From Camelus dromedarius (taxonomy: Eukaryota), in contig NC_087436.1 in the NCBI RefSeq assembly GCF_036321535.1, positions 9,796,001-9,860,000 of the forward strand: a DNA stretch of 64,000 bases. Reading direction: 5' to 3'. Numbering within the stretch: the first letter of the stretch is position 1; each line of letters begins with the position of its first letter. The position numbers and the translations under genes are program-made. Under the pieces are notes generated by a model, which was given only the letters and a program-made list of their open reading frames with translations, had not been told where the DNA came from and did not search any database. Below, in pieces: positions 25,869 to 40,247 of this stretch.

Positions 25869-26499
25869 CATTCTCTTTCATATGACTGTTCCTGGCATGT
25901 GCTGTTGTGCATTGGAAAAAAAATTTAAGAGGCAGTTGGTGCTGATGGGGGCCCTGGGCTCTGGACTAAGGCAGGGCTCAATGCAAACCTCAGCTCTGCA
26001 GTTTGCTGTCCCTGAGAACCTTGATGAGTTTATCACTGTGAGGAGAGGCTTACTCCATGGAATAATTCAGATAATAATAGCTCTTATAGAATAGCATTGT
26101 TATAAGTCTTAAGTGAGATGATATCTAAAAAATTGGCATTTAACTTGATGCCTGCATATAATTTTAAACACTTGATAAATATTATGAAGTGAAAATTGGA
26201 AGACAAAGGGAAAATCATCAAAAGCTGAAATGCATGCTTTTTTGAACCTATTGCGACGATGCTTAACAAAAACTGTGAGCTATTTAATATTTGAACAATT
26301 AATATGAATATTCTCTCTCATACTGTATCTAGACTTCAAAAGATAGTCTTTTATAATTGCTGTAAAATTGTGTTGGAAATGGTCATTTCTTAAGACAATA
26401 AACATGCTGGACAGCATCTTCAGTTTATTAGAAAAATTTTATGCTGATAAAATATAAAATGACTCTTAGAGTTAAGTGAAATAAAATATACTTGCTTAT

Positions 26500-27660
26500 A
26501 GAGATCACAAGTGTTGATGAGGGTGTGGAGAAAAGGGAATCCTTGTTCACTATGGATGGGAATGTAATTTGGTACAGCCACTATGGAAAACAGCATGGAG
26601 GTTTTTCAAAAAACTAAAACTAGAACCACCATATAATTCAGCAATCCCATTCCTGGGCATATATCTGAAAGAATTGAAATCAGGGTCTCAGAGAGATATC
26701 CTGCACTCTCATGTTCATTGCAGCATTATTTACAAGATATGTAAGAAACCGTAGTATCCATTAAAGGAGGACTAGATAAAGAAGATGTGGTGGAATACCA
26801 CTCAGCCATGAAAAGGAAAGCAAGCCTGCTCTTTGTGACAGTATGATTGGAACTTGTGGGCATTATGCTAAGTGAAATAAATCAGACAGAGAAAGACAAA
26901 TGCCGTATGTTCTCACTTATATGTGGAATCTAAAAAAGTCACACTTAGAGAAACAGACAGCAGAGTGGTGATTACCAGGGTTTGGTGTGTTGGGGGAAAT
27001 AGGGAGATATTGGTCACCGGGTACAAACTTGCAGGATTAATGGGTTCTGGAGATCTTATGCACAACATTATGATTATAACTAATAGTAGTCTATTGTATA
27101 CAGTTGGCCCTCCACAGCCACGGGTCCCACATCTGAGTCTTCAACCAACCTCAGACCAAAAATACGAAAATAAATAAATAAATAAATTAATTAATTAATT
27201 AATTAAATAAAATAAAATCCCAGAAAGTTCCAAAAAGCAAAACTTGGATTTGTCACACACCAGCAGCCATTTGCATAACATTTACATTGCTATTAGGTAT
27301 TAAAAGTAACCTAGAGATGATTAAAGTATATGGGAGGTGGTACGTAGGTTATACGCAAATACCATGTTACATAAGAATTTGAGCATCTGTGGATTTTTGT
27401 ATCCATGAGGGTCCTGGACAAACCCCCCCAAGGATACCAAGGAACTACTACTGTCCTTGAATGTACTAAGAGAGTAGGTCTTAATCGTTCTCACCACAAA
27501 AAAGAAAGGATAATTATACATTGGGATGGAGGTGTTAACTAATACTGTGCTGGTCATCTTTTCCTAGTATATAAATGTATCAAATCACCATGTTGTACAC
27601 CTTAAACTTACAAGATGTTATATGTCAATTATATTTTAATAAAGCTGGGAAAAAAACTAA
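26500..27660 (+). mobile_element. L1 (L1MA/MB-like) 3' end
   Basis: ORF2 C-terminus ([26 protein letters not shown]) and 3' UTR ending aataaagctgggaaaaaa. Confidence 0.85.
27101..27453. mobile_element. Tigger3/MER7-type DNA transposon inside the L1
   Basis: TA|CAGTTGGCCCTCC...GGATACCAAGGAACTACTACTG termini. Confidence 0.7.
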
Positions 27661-30600
27661 AAATACACTTGTCTTTGACCAAGCAAGGGTATATTTCATT
27701 TTATAAATAAAGTACGTGGATGTGTCTGGTTTGTATTTATCTTTAATCTTTTAGCAGTTGTGCGAAAGATGTATATATATTTTCCAGTGCTCTGTAATCG
27801 GCTGCTAGTTTCTGTCACTGAATGCAAGTTTGGCTCAGCTCCTATTCAGAATTAAGCTTAAGTAACAATAGAGAATAAGGAAAATTATAGTGAACAAGAT
27901 GGCGAATTATACTTGAAATATTTATTTGTCACCATTTTGCTCTAAATTGGATTATTTCATTTCAATATAATACCAATAGTAATTTTTTTTTTACTATTAA
28001 GCTTAATCATTTAAAGGATTTCAATTTTTATTTAAGAACTACACAGTGAATTGATGCTTTCCCAGCAGCTCCGCCTGTGGGAAGCCTCTCTATCTGAACT
28101 GCGAACCAGGCATTTACTATTGACAGTTATTCTGAAAGAAGATACGGTGTAGCCTGGGAGCTCAAATCTCTGTAGCGAGAAAAACTCAGTCACTTCTTGT
28201 AGTGTTTCAAATTAAGTAGTTTGTGTAAGTTAAGTAAACATATCAAACATCCTCCTATTCCAGGGTCACACTGACCACTATGGTAGGCACTAGCCCCATG
28301 CAAATGTATACATTTAGATGTAAGTTAATTAAAATGAAATACATTTAAGTGTAATTCCTCAGTTCCACTGGTTCCACTTCAAGTGCTCAACATCCCCATA
28401 CTAGAAAGTTCCAACACAGACCATTTCCATCGCAGCAGAAAGCTCTCCTGGGCAGTCTGGGGCTTCCACCCTCTACAGTCATGAAAACTAAGGCGAACTG
28501 AAATACCAAAAACTGAAATAACGTCAACAGTAAATATTCATTTTTTTTCCTCCTTGTCATTCCTTTGTTTAATTTCTTTTTTTTTTTTCCTTTCTTCTGC
28601 CTATTTGTTCCTCATCTCAATGGAGTATCAACCAATATGATTTCAGTTTCAAAATGGAATAAAATAATTGATCTTCATTACGAATTAATTTGGAAAAGCA
28701 ACTTAAAGGAAAATGTCTCCTGAAAAAGTTAGAGAATAAGACAAAAAAGGATATTGTAAACACCCCACGTTAGATGAATACTTAGTTCATCAATAGTGAA
28801 TTAGGCAAAATTAGTAGACAAAATTCACTTTGTTTTTTTAGTGCTATTAGAATTCTGCAGTCTTTTCCCATGTTTTCAAAGAAAGGTACACTTCAGCATT
28901 ACTTCTAAGGAAAAGTGGCCAATCTTGATACTCATTGGGCCGTCTTGCTAATAGTGGGGACCACCGGGCCCCATGGCGGTGCCCTCTGCCCCGCGTGCTC
29001 TAGGCATCCCTGCTCAGTACAGCAGGCTCCCCGCCTGCTCCCCACCATGAGCCCGGCTACCCCGGGCTCTCCAGCGTCATTTTCCCTCCAGGACAAGGTT
29101 GTCTCTCTTTGCCTTTCAAGTTTAGACCATCTTGGAGGAATGAACTGACTTCAATTCAATTCAGACAGAAGGGACCTCACTTCAGCCCCAGATCCAGGCA
29201 TGTTCTAAAAATAAGCTTTTGCCTGAAAGTCCTGCATTGGCTCAACTATTTAAAACATAAATTGGTTTCCTTTGTTCTCTACCATTGGCTTCATTAGCCA
29301 GAACTGGAGAGAGAGCATAAAAATCTTCAGTAAACAAAACGCATGATGTACAATAGTGTTTCTCAACCTTTTATTTCATTATTGCCCCCTAGGAAGCCTT
29401 TCTAGACAATTTTCCCTAAACTTCCCAGCATGAAATTTTAAGACCTCAGGAATACTGTATGTCTAATTGTAATTATATACATCTAACACATATCTGCTTC
29501 ATACATAGAAAGAGTAAGACTTTCTTCACTTTCCAAGGATTAAGCTTTATCTCCTCGAGGACAACATTGCTCCGTTTGATAATGCCTGATGAACAGGAAC
29601 TGAAATATCAGGAGGAAAATAGGTGCTATTGTCAAGATCCTTTATCTCCGCGGCAGTGTGCTGTCTGTGTATTTCAATGATTATAGCTCAGGATTCAAAA
29701 AGTCTTTCTTTCTTCCTGCATGCATCACATTTACGTGCATCAGTAGGTCAGTGAGGAAGTAACCTCGGGGCTTCCTGAGAAGTCACAGTATCTGAAGTCA
29801 CTGGACCTTGAGCTTTGCGATCTGATGTCATTCCACTCCGTTTTCAGTGTAACTGCCTACAGGAAGGGGAGGACTGTGAAAGAATAAGAGACAAAGAGAT
29901 GGAAGGAGGGGAGGGAATAGATGAAGACACTTAGAAACCAGCACATTTTTCATTTCCCAATAGCTGTTTATTCAAACTCATTAACCAATAACTTACCCAT
30001 GTCTCTTTTGAAACTTCCTAACTTAATAGGTTAGCACTTAGAGAATATGTCTTAGCTCCCCATTCTCAGCTAATAAAATCCCCCATCATTTCCTTATAAA
30101 GGAAATAATATCCAAATGTCAAGCACTGAATTCTAATGAGAAAGTCAACTGTACTTTAATATAATAATTGCTAAAATTTTTACTCTTTACATTTGCATTT
30201 TTTCATTTAGTCAAAGCTAAATTGTTACTTATTCATTTCGAGGAAGGAGAAAAAGAAGTTGGAAGTATTCACTCTGAACTCATTAAAATTTCTTTATTTT
30301 CTAATGTCCAAAACATTTCAATGTGTCTAGGAAGAAAAAAAAAATCCTCTTATTGCGAGGCTAATATTTGCGTATTTTCTTTTGAGTGAGTGATTAAGGA
30401 AGCAACATTTAGGGAACTCTAGAAAGAACACAGGTGTAACCGAGGGACCATGACCTCACAGAGACAAGAAAAACATGCCACTGCTTGCTGTGTGTGGCAA
30501 CAGCGAGGTGGGTCCACTGTCGGAAGGAAGAGAGCTTCTCCATGGGGAGCAGAAAACTGACATCAATTTATCGAGAAAGGGGTTTCTTGGGACCACTGGC

Positions 30601-31459
30601 GCCCTCATCTGCTCAGAGGTCATTGACAGCCTCTGTGAGCAGGAGGGCCCCCACCTTCTTCACTTTGAAAGTAACCTGCATGGTATGTGGGTTTTGACTA
30701 TTCTCTCTCTGCCCTGGAAATCTAAGGTCAAGCAAAAGTGATGCGGGTGTGTTTCAAGGCATTTCTACAGATTTTAAGCTGAATTTTAGTTTTGTTTTGG
30801 GTTTCCTCTTTTTGTTTCCATCAAATTAAACTCTGGTATGGATTTTTTTTGAACCCACAGTTGATGAGCTCTAGCCACTTTAGAACATAAATATCTCTAT
30901 TTGTGGTCCCAGGGATCAGAAACCACAATCTCTAGGGATTTATTTGTGTCTAGAAAATAAATTGAAGGTCTAGATAAAAACCGCCTGCGTTTGTCTGTCT
31001 CTCTCTTTTACAATAACTAGAATAGTTAGAACTATGCAACCACAGAATTAGTTCAAGCCCAGAAAAAACTCCTTATCTAAATGGACTTAGTAAAAATCTC
31101 CATTTTTTGTAGATTTCTGGATGTGACTCTGGCTGTTGCACACCTACCCTACCCTTTGTTGTTTCTTTTTCAGTGATGGGGTTGACTATATATTTTTCCA
31201 AGTATAAAGCTACAAGATTGATTTGACATTAAACAAATAGATGACTATCCTAGTCAAGAGAGGGAGGAATGGTTACCAGTGTACATCGGTCTTGTCAAGT
31301 CATCAACCCAGCTGAAGTATTTAAATCCAGGGACCTACTCCTAGGAAACTGGAAACTAGTTTACTTCTCTGCTTTAACCATCACTATCCCCTCCCCATGC
31401 CTGAGCATAAAATGCAAGTGATATGCAGTCCTTGTTGATTTCCTGTTTGTTTTGTTTTG

Positions 31460-32400
31460 AATCAGGTCTCTGAGGCTTGAGCAGCTGGAAGGATGGAGTT
31501 GTCATCACTGAGAGCAGACAATTCCGGGGGAGCAAGTGTGGAGCGAAAGCTCAGAACTCAGTGGTGGACACGTTCAGGTACTGATCAGTCATCTAAGTGA
31601 AAACGTCAGGTGGTCTGTGGAGTTCCGCGTCAGGGGTAGAGATGAGTGTACCTGGAAAATGGGAACACACCAAGCCCAGAGCCCCAGGCTCTGCTCCGTA
31701 AGAGTCAGCAAGGAGCAAACCAGGAAAGGAGACTGACAGCAGACCACTCATGGCACAACTCTGAGGACACTGGTGTATTTTTGTCTACATAAATGGCATC
31801 GCTTGGAATTGTGCATAGGTGGCCGGTCTGAGAAAACATGACCAATGAGGTAGAATAAACAAGAGAGCTTGACATCCTAGAAGCCGAGTGGGAAAAGTTT
31901 CAAAGAGTATAAAATTATCAGCTGTGAAAAGAAGTGAAGTATGATGAAGGCTGAGACCAGACCAAGCATAGTTCTCATTGTATAAGGCACAGAATACCTT
32001 CGACAAGAGCGGTTCTCACCCAGCAGTGGGGGCCAAATTCTGATCAGAATGAACTAAAGAGAAGATGGGGGAGGAGGAATTTAGGGGCTGGGATTATAGA
32101 TATTTTTAAAGACAGCTTTTTTTTTTTCCACCAAAAAAAAAAAAAAAGAGAGAGAGAGAGAGAGAAAAAGGGTAGTAACTGGAAAAGTGGGTCAAAAGAA
32201 TGATTTTTTTTTTAATTATGGGATAGGACAAATAATAGCAATTTTTTCAGTAAGGAAAAATTGGTGAGGTAGGAGGGGAGAATTGTGTAAGTGATGTCTC
32301 TGAGTCAGCAAAAATGGTACGTCAATGAAGTGACGGCTTTAAATAAAATCACTGCCTCAGGAAGACAGTCATAGGACACTGGAACAGAAGAAGACTCAGA
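31460..32400 (-). mobile_element. L2 fragment
   Basis: Degenerate L2 motifs (gagcagctggaaggatggagttgtcatcactgag). Confidence 0.55.
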
Positions 32401-32404
32401 GATG

Positions 32405-32890
32405 TGTTACCACATCCAGGCTTGTACTGCTCGCCACATAACAGGCCAATAAGTTGAGAGAGAAGTTGTTGAGGCAAGAAATAGCAACTTAATTTAGAAA
32501 GCCAGCAGACGGAAAAGATGGGGGACTAGTGTCCCAAAGAACCATCTTGCCTGAGTTAGAATCCATGCTTCTTATACTCAGAGGGAAGGGAGTAAAGTCA
32601 AACATTTCTTGGCTCCTATCAGCCTCCAGAGGGGAGGTGTTAATTTCTTCCTTCCTGCAGTTATCCACAGGTGAGCCTGGTCAGGGTGTTTCCTGTGAGC
32701 TAAACAAAAGCATTTTAGCTTAATGCTCATTACCTGGGAGGCAGGGTTCCCAGAGATGAGCCATTATTTATAATTTAAGTTTACAGGCAACATCCCTTTA
32801 GTGATTAACTTGTAGCAAAAGCAACAGATACAAAGGTCAAAGTAAAAGAAGCAGATCCAATATGGAGTCAGATTCGTCTTCCCTGTTCCA
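32405..32890 (-). mobile_element. ERV1-type solo LTR, family B (variant 2)
   Basis: TGTTACC...TTCCA; near-TSD gatg/gaag; middle shared with 2039-2467. Confidence 0.88.
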
Positions 32891-35445
32891 GAAGGACCTG
32901 GTGATGGGGGCTGGGTGCTCTGCGAGGTGTCACAGATTGAGTTCTTTGGAGGAAAAGTTAAGCTGGGGTTTGGAATGCTGAATATTTTCTAGGGATCAAC
33001 ACCTATGGAAGGGGGAGGGAGGAAACAGAATTGTTTGGAAGAAAAATTCAAACTACAATGTGTTCCTGGCAGAGCCTTAACCACCTCCAAAGACAGCTTT
33101 GAATCTGCTGCTTGGTGTCTTTGTGACGTTGCGACCCACTTGTCCCTAGACAGATCCTGGGTTTGGGATCCTCTGGAAGGGTGTACGCTTGGGCTCTCGC
33201 TGGGCGAGGGGTCCCTGAAGGAAGTGACTGGGGAGGACACCCGCGGACGGCTCTCCCAGTGGCTGGGGTAATGGCTTTTTTCTTGAAGGGGGATGTGGGT
33301 GATACATCTCTATGTCCACCAAGTAGAATCCTTTCCATTTTCTCAGTACAGAGAGGCAAGCAAATTTATACTCAGAAGTGTGGAAGGACACTGACATCGG
33401 GGGTGGGGAAAGTGGAGGGGTGGAGATAGAGGGGAGGCGAGGACTAGTGAATGGACTTGGGAAATGTGCATTTCCACGCAGCTTTAAGGGTGCATTTTAG
33501 GGTTATCAGTGAGGAATTTCAAGTGATACCAGACAGCGTGGTGGTTTGATTTTCTCATCATGTGCTGGTGTATACGTGCAGCTGCAGGAACAGAATGAGA
33601 AGGGGAAGAAGAATAAAGAAATCAGTGAATCCGGGGCCAGATCACTGGGGGACTTGTGGGCCACTTAAGGACCTTGTCTGTTTCCTCTGGATGGGATAGG
33701 AAGCCATGCCAGGGTCGTTGATTTTAATCCTTTTGACTTTGAAAATAATACATATACATGGAATTGCATAGAACATAATTGTACAGCCTAATAAATTATC
33801 ACAAAGCGACTGATCCAGGTTAAGAAACAGGGCACGGCCAGCAGCATAGAAGGCCCCCCTCCTGTCTTTCCCAATTATTATTCCCTTCCTCACCCCTTCC
33901 TCACTGTTTATGGCATTTACTCTGTTGACATTTACAGTAATTCCCTTCTTGCTATTTTTTGATTTGTATTAGTGGTGCCATCCAAGCTTGTATCCCTGAA
34001 AACGAAAGATTACTTTAGCTGGTTTTGACTTTTCTTTTTTCATAAATGGAATCAAACAATACATCCTTTCTGTGTCTGGCATTTCTGCTCTAGATTATGT
34101 TTTTGAGGTTCATCCACGGCGTTGCCTTTTCAAGTTCAGGCAACTGCACAATCAGACCTACGCCTGGTTTCTGGAAAGCCTAACCCTGCAGCTGACCGGA
34201 GATTGCTTTGTGAAGGGAGTTGGCTTTGTTTTTGTTTCTTTCAAGACAATACAGTTTTCTGGGTCCCCACCCAGGTTGTAGGATTAGAATTTCACCTGTA
34301 AGAAATCTGAAAAAAGCTCACCCCTTTTTTGTCCACTCCCCAGTCAACTCGGTAGAACAACTTATTGCAAAGTCCATATTCTTTATTTCCAAGGTAATGA
34401 TTTCTGTTAGCATCTAGCTGATCAATTAAAACTCTGTCTTCTCTAGTCGTTTAGTCACAACATGCTATGGTTTACTGTTCTTTCGTTCTTCTGTACATTT
34501 TCAGTATTTGTCGAATGTCCTTAGACTTTGCGAACTTACTCAGATTTCACTGTCACCGTATGCCTGGGAAGAGCTTTGTAAAACAGAGACCGACAACTCA
34601 ATTTGTTAAGCTAAAGACAGTGTCCCTTTCAATTACTGTAAGAGTGACTTCCTGTTCATAGTCTAAAGTACAAATAAATTCCCTACTGGGCAGAAACACT
34701 GGGAAGACATTTTCTAGATGCCTAAGACCATTCAGTATTTCCTCTCCTCCTGGCTACAATTATTTGGAAGTTTTGCCTATAAAAATATTTGAAATCCAAC
34801 ATTTAGGCCGAAGTTTCCTTAAATTGAATGTATCCACAGCTAGATTCTTGCAGGTATAAAATTTCTGTAAGAAATCAAAAGGGCATTTCTATAGAATGAA
34901 ATTTTAGTTTCCTGATTCTGTCTCCCAGTGTGGTCTGTGAGTATGTTCTTAGGGGGTCCAGAACAATTTTTTTAAAGGATTTGTGCATTATCAAATCCAA
35001 AAAACATTTGTGTTATACTTGTTCCAAAAGGGGAAAACCTTGAGAGACACTCTCTCCAACCCCCTCTTTCTCTCTCCTCAGATATTACTTTAAAAACAAG
35101 AGGAAACCCAGAGACCCTCTCTTTTTGAAAACTGTACATCTCACAAGTTTTTAGTGGGTTCTAGAATACCGGGGAACAAAAAAAGCCCAGGTTAAGAATG
35201 ATAGTCTACAGTAAAGAACAGTGGTTTCTTTACCTAATGCAAAATATTTAATTACTTCCAGGCACCACGAAGTTCTAATAAATTGTCTTCTTAGCAAGAC
35301 CAGGTATCTCAGAAATGTGTCCCACCGAGAATTTCTTACAGCTGTCACCTATGACAGTATTTCCTAAAGGGGCCTGGAGGGTAATGGGACAGGGAGATGG
35401 TCACCGAAGAAAAATATGTTAAGTAAGTATTCTAAAGTCCAGATA

Positions 35446-35520
35446 TTATATTGAACCATATGAAATTGACATGGTTCAATCTAATACATTTTGTATGCAA
35501 CTTCATATGGTCCAAACTAA
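35446..35520. mobile_element. MADE2-like mariner MITE
   Basis: Inverted termini ttgaaccatatgaaattg / caacttcatatggtccaa. Confidence 0.65.
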
Positions 35521-36760
35521 CAGTATTTGAATGTATTAATCAAGGTAATGCCTACAGTCATTTTCTTCTTCTGCCCTTAAATATTTTTCCACCCATACTT
35601 ATGCTAAACAAAATTCATTTGAATTTACATGGTGGCCAATAAATATAACCAGAATTGTAGTTGGTCAAAAACCAGGCTGATGTTAAAGAAAACTAATTAT
35701 TTGTTTTGAATGAATCAGCCACTAAGACATCTTGTCTACCTGAGGCTGACAGTGCTCCCAAGTCCTGTGATCTGTACTTGGGCAGACATTCGAGACAGCA
35801 GTGGGCTGGGGGGAGAGCAAATGTTTTCCCGGCAACCCTCCCGTGTGTCATGGGAGCCCATGTGAAAGGTCAGAAGAGCTGCGGTCATGGTCGTGCACCT
35901 TGCACTGGATACTGAGAACACATCAGAAGCTCGTCTCTACCATCCAAACGCTACAGACCACCACCATCTAGGCATCACATTTTAATAGGGGTTCTATGCT
36001 GATAGATTTTATTCCTTTGCATTTTTTATTTTACTACTATTCAGGTCATATCTCTTGTTAGAAATAATAATTAGCCCCTCTGTCCTCAACATAAATAAAA
36101 AGCTTTTTACCACATTCGGTCAATCTTTTCTCTCTCGGGGCAGGTGTCATGCAATGAGCTACGAAATAAGCCAAGGTAATGTTTATTCCCATCTCATCAA
36201 CTTTACGAGTAGAAATAAAAGGTACTAAACTAAAATATGAATAACAATCAGGCTTTTGTACTAGCCTTCAAGTATATGTATACATACGTATACACATAAG
36301 TACACATGTGTAACATGTACATATAAAACTATACAATTTGTATTGACTGTGCAGAAGGAAACTTTTACATTTTTCTTCATTGGCTAGTTTCATTATTTAA
36401 TGATTAGACACACAAATGTGTACCTCATTTCCAGGACACAAAGTAACCGTACGTGTCTCACGCACCCGTGATGACAGTTTCAGCACGGAGCGCGCAGAGC
36501 CACAGATGAGATGTAATTTCAGTGCTGCGAGTAGCTCAGAACAAGTGCCCTGGTCTGAGAGATGGTATTAAGAAGATATTTCTCGGTTTTAATTTCAGGC
36601 ACAGGATAGTAATTGCTTCCTTGGCTTTCGGGAACATAATTGCTACATAAATTTAGGATCTGACTAGGTCAGAATGACAAGTAGAGAAAGGTTTTTGGAA
36701 TATCGGCAATTTATCTGCAGAAAAGGACACAAATGCATATGGCTATTGTTTTTACCCCCA

Positions 36761-36830
36761 AATGTATTAAATCATAAATATAGTGTAGAATGTATTAAAT
36801 CATAAATAACGTAGACTGTATTAAATCATA
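36761..36830. repeat. Short tandem repeat: three copies of TGTATTAAATCATA (period 26-28)
   Basis: Copies start at 36763, 36791 and 36817. Confidence 0.85.
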
Positions 36831-39800
36831 GTGTAACTCCAACATTACCTGACACTGACTTCCCATAATCATTTTATTTTCCAGCTTGCATTTATTAAAA
36901 ACATCGTTTTTCAGTTAGACCTGAAAGCTTATTATTGTTGAAATCAAACGTGCAATGTCAGAATGAAGGCTTGTTTGAACACATATTGTATGTGAACATA
37001 CGAATTACTTCACTCTACCTTAATCCAGTTTTTAATTCTTTTCTTAAAAAGATCTAGCATTTAAAAACATACTTGTTCTCCCTGGGACATAATTACAGAC
37101 GTGCACGACTATTTCGATGAACGTGTGAAGACAGCATCCTAAGTATTTTCTCAAGCCTACCTCGGGTACCTCAGTCAAAGACTGGGAAAGGGGGAGAGGT
37201 AAATACACCAGTAATTACTTCTCTTCCTCTGCTATGTTTCCTGACTGGTGTCGTCGTCTGGAGGGGAGGAGAACTGCCTTCTTATGCAACCAAAAAGAAC
37301 TCAAGGATGGGATGTTGTGTGAAAGAACTAGCAGAAAGCATTAAGCCAGTTAATCATATTGTCTTAAAATGTTTAGATTCACAAAATTGAAAGTGAGTGC
37401 CAATTATTGTTGAAATAGAATATATATAAATGACACACTGTGTCTGAGATTGCCTCTCTGCCCAAATCATTATCTCAAGAAACCCTGTCCTTAAAAAAAT
37501 AACACTAAGATTTTTGGTACCTGGGGATTTTAAATACCACTTCTTTTTTATTAAATAGTTTAAAATTATAGTAGATTGGAACTCAGAGTCTACTCATTTC
37601 TTATTCATCAAATGTTCTGAAGTTTTTTAATATAGTTTCACCAACTCTAAGCAAACAACATAAAGTAACACAAGAGGAGTAGGGGAGGGAGGAACACGTC
37701 AGAATGGAGCGGGGAGAGAGGATGAGAAAGGAAGCATTCCACAGTCCTCAGGCCTGAAGCAGCGGGGACCCCTGCACACGTAACTTCCCTACACGGCTTT
37801 GGAGAAACGTGTCTTGCTGAGTTCTGACACAGCAAATTCTTTTCCAGGTCTGCACCAGAGTCTCAACCCAGTTCCTTCCATACATATTTCTACATGACAC
37901 GGACAAGTCGTCCAATTCTCGGGGGCCTGACTATCTTGTCTGTTAAAGAAGGAAGAGGAGAAAGACAGTTACTCTTCTTAATAACAGAAATTTATTAGCT
38001 GAGGCTGCCATTTGAATTTCATTTTACCATATTTACAACTGTAAACAGACAAAAGCACCATCTACGCTCAATCGTGTGAAATGCCAGTCTATGTTATTAC
38101 AGGAAAAGACTTAGAAAGAATTCTCTGTTTGGGGTGAGAAGTCGCGTGGGCAGAACACGTTAAGTACTTACTTTATACCAGCTAATAGTTTCAAGACCTA
38201 GGGCCGCACGATTTGAAAAGCAGCACTGGAGGTTAAGGTGAGGATGATGAGAATGTTAGTATTTCTCTCTTCCAAATAAAAGAGACAACTTGGTTCCTCC
38301 TCTTCAGCTCCAAAGATGCACACAGCTGAAAAACAGCTCTGAGATGCCCCCGGTACAACTAAAGCAGCTATTTTGTTTTCTCTCTTCTTCCCTAACAACC
38401 CCCACGGCCCCTGCCTCCGATCCTCACCACTGCCCCACACAGAACCCCCTCCAGTCCCAGAGTGAAGGGCCAAGAAGCTGGAGCAGTATGTTTACCCTGA
38501 AATCTACACATACTAGACAGAATAAATCCTGAAATTCATCACCTGGGGGCACTTGTTAGCAGTGGTTTTGTAGGTCTCCTCTCAGATCTACTGAATTTGA
38601 ATCTGGGGATGAAATCCAAGAATGTGCATGTTTAACAGACTATCCAAAGCTTAAGTGATGTTTGAGGTTTCAAAAGCCCTGAATGAAGTCTAGAGAGGAA
38701 GCCAATTGGACCTAAGTGTTGAAGGTAGCTGCTTAACTGAAAGCAGAAACTAAACAGTATCATTCAGCTCGAGGCTGCTTCAGATATTAAATAGCTCCTG
38801 TCAAGTGTCTACTGTCTCCTTTTGCACAGAGGCCCAAACATTTTCTAAATGCCGTGGCGATTACAACAGCTTAATGATTTACCATCACTGGATGCCAACA
38901 CCTCACTCTGCCCATTCCACAGAGGAGTTTTGGGGTTTTCTTAGTGCTTTTTGCTACAATCTCGTTAACTCTTAAAGTATTCCATCAACCAGAAGAAGAC
39001 TGTGCCGTAATTTATGAAAGTAACTCCTAAAGAGAAGCTGCAATACCATTTCAAGAACCGTAAGTACAACATGTGGTAAAGTCATGGCATAGCAAAGCAA
39101 GACCCTCAAAACTTGTGCCCCAGGAGCCCTGCGGTCTCCCAGCCCGTGGGAAGGAAGTGAGGCCTGGGTGCAACCAGAGTTCACCGGCTTCTGCTCCATT
39201 ACCAGACACCCCAACGCGCACACAGGTATCATCTTCTAAGAGCGTCAAGGAACAAAAGATTGGAAAACACCAATTCAGCAGAGCGTGCTGGGCTGAGGAT
39301 CAGAACCAGGTTTAACTCCTTGTCACCTCGCTGAGCGACCTTACTGACTTAACCTCTCTGGACCCCTGGGGCTGCTCCGTAGTTATTAAATGAGGACTAG
39401 TCTAGGCTACTTCCAAGGCCTCTTCTATTTCTAAAATTCTGTAATAACAGTCACTAGTCATTTAATTAAAAAGTCTAAATTCAGTGAGTTCAATAAATAT
39501 TTATTATGCACTTAAACTGGGCATCCAAGAATCTGGGAAACATATGGAGGACACAGTCTCCTGGTATGGGGTTAAAAACATGTCACTGCAAACAAGTAAG
39601 TATTTCACTGTGAATCATCCTGTCTCTTTAAATGGTTGCACAGTAAGCCTACTGGGTAGTGCCCAAACAATGGAACTCTGCATAGATAATGGAGAGCCTG
39701 CCTATGCACAATTAATAAGTACCAACTTAAATAACAGACACAGCTTCTGCCAATATGTAAAAGTTTTTCTTCTCTGGACCCTTCACTTCACAAAAATTCG

Positions 39801-39871
39801 GACATTTAAATGTAGTGGTAAACTGCATTTACAATCAAAATCAATTTTCAAGCATAAGTTTATAAAAATAG

Positions 39872-39877
39872 TTTATT
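39872..39877 (-). terminator. Candidate NAF1 polyadenylation signal AATAAA
   Basis: TTTATT on the + strand ~370 nt after the stop, in an AU-rich 3' UTR. Another copy lies at 39500-39505. Confidence 0.5.
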
Positions 39878-40247
39878 TTAAAGACTCTCAATAGCATTTC
39901 AACATCTTACTGTCAGATTTACCAAGAAGACAACCTGTACGTTCAGCATATTTTAATACATGATGAAAGCTGCCCCAGATCTACTATTAAGTCTACAGTA
40001 TATACTGTGGGCAAGGTTCAAAGTTTTAATTAAGTATCACATAATTGGATTCCCCCCCTCTGCAAGTCTAAAGTTAATCTTTCATAAATTTCACAAAGGT
40101 TACAATATGCATCAACTTACAGCTGAAGGAATCATTCAGTAATTTACAACATTTTAAAAATCTAGCTCCATAATCTTTCTTTAAAAAAAAAAATCCTTCC
40201 CGTATAATAGAGAAAGTCCACATTTCTCAGGAAGTGCACACACCCGC

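Noticed and set aside
36761..36830. Repeat-spacer pattern as CRISPR-like
   Set aside because: Eukaryotic context, and the short spacers are related to each other, so it is an ordinary tandem duplication.
39484..39894. 136-aa + strand ORF
   Set aside because: It has a GTG start, is antisense to the NAF1 3' UTR and flank, and shows no recognisable homology.
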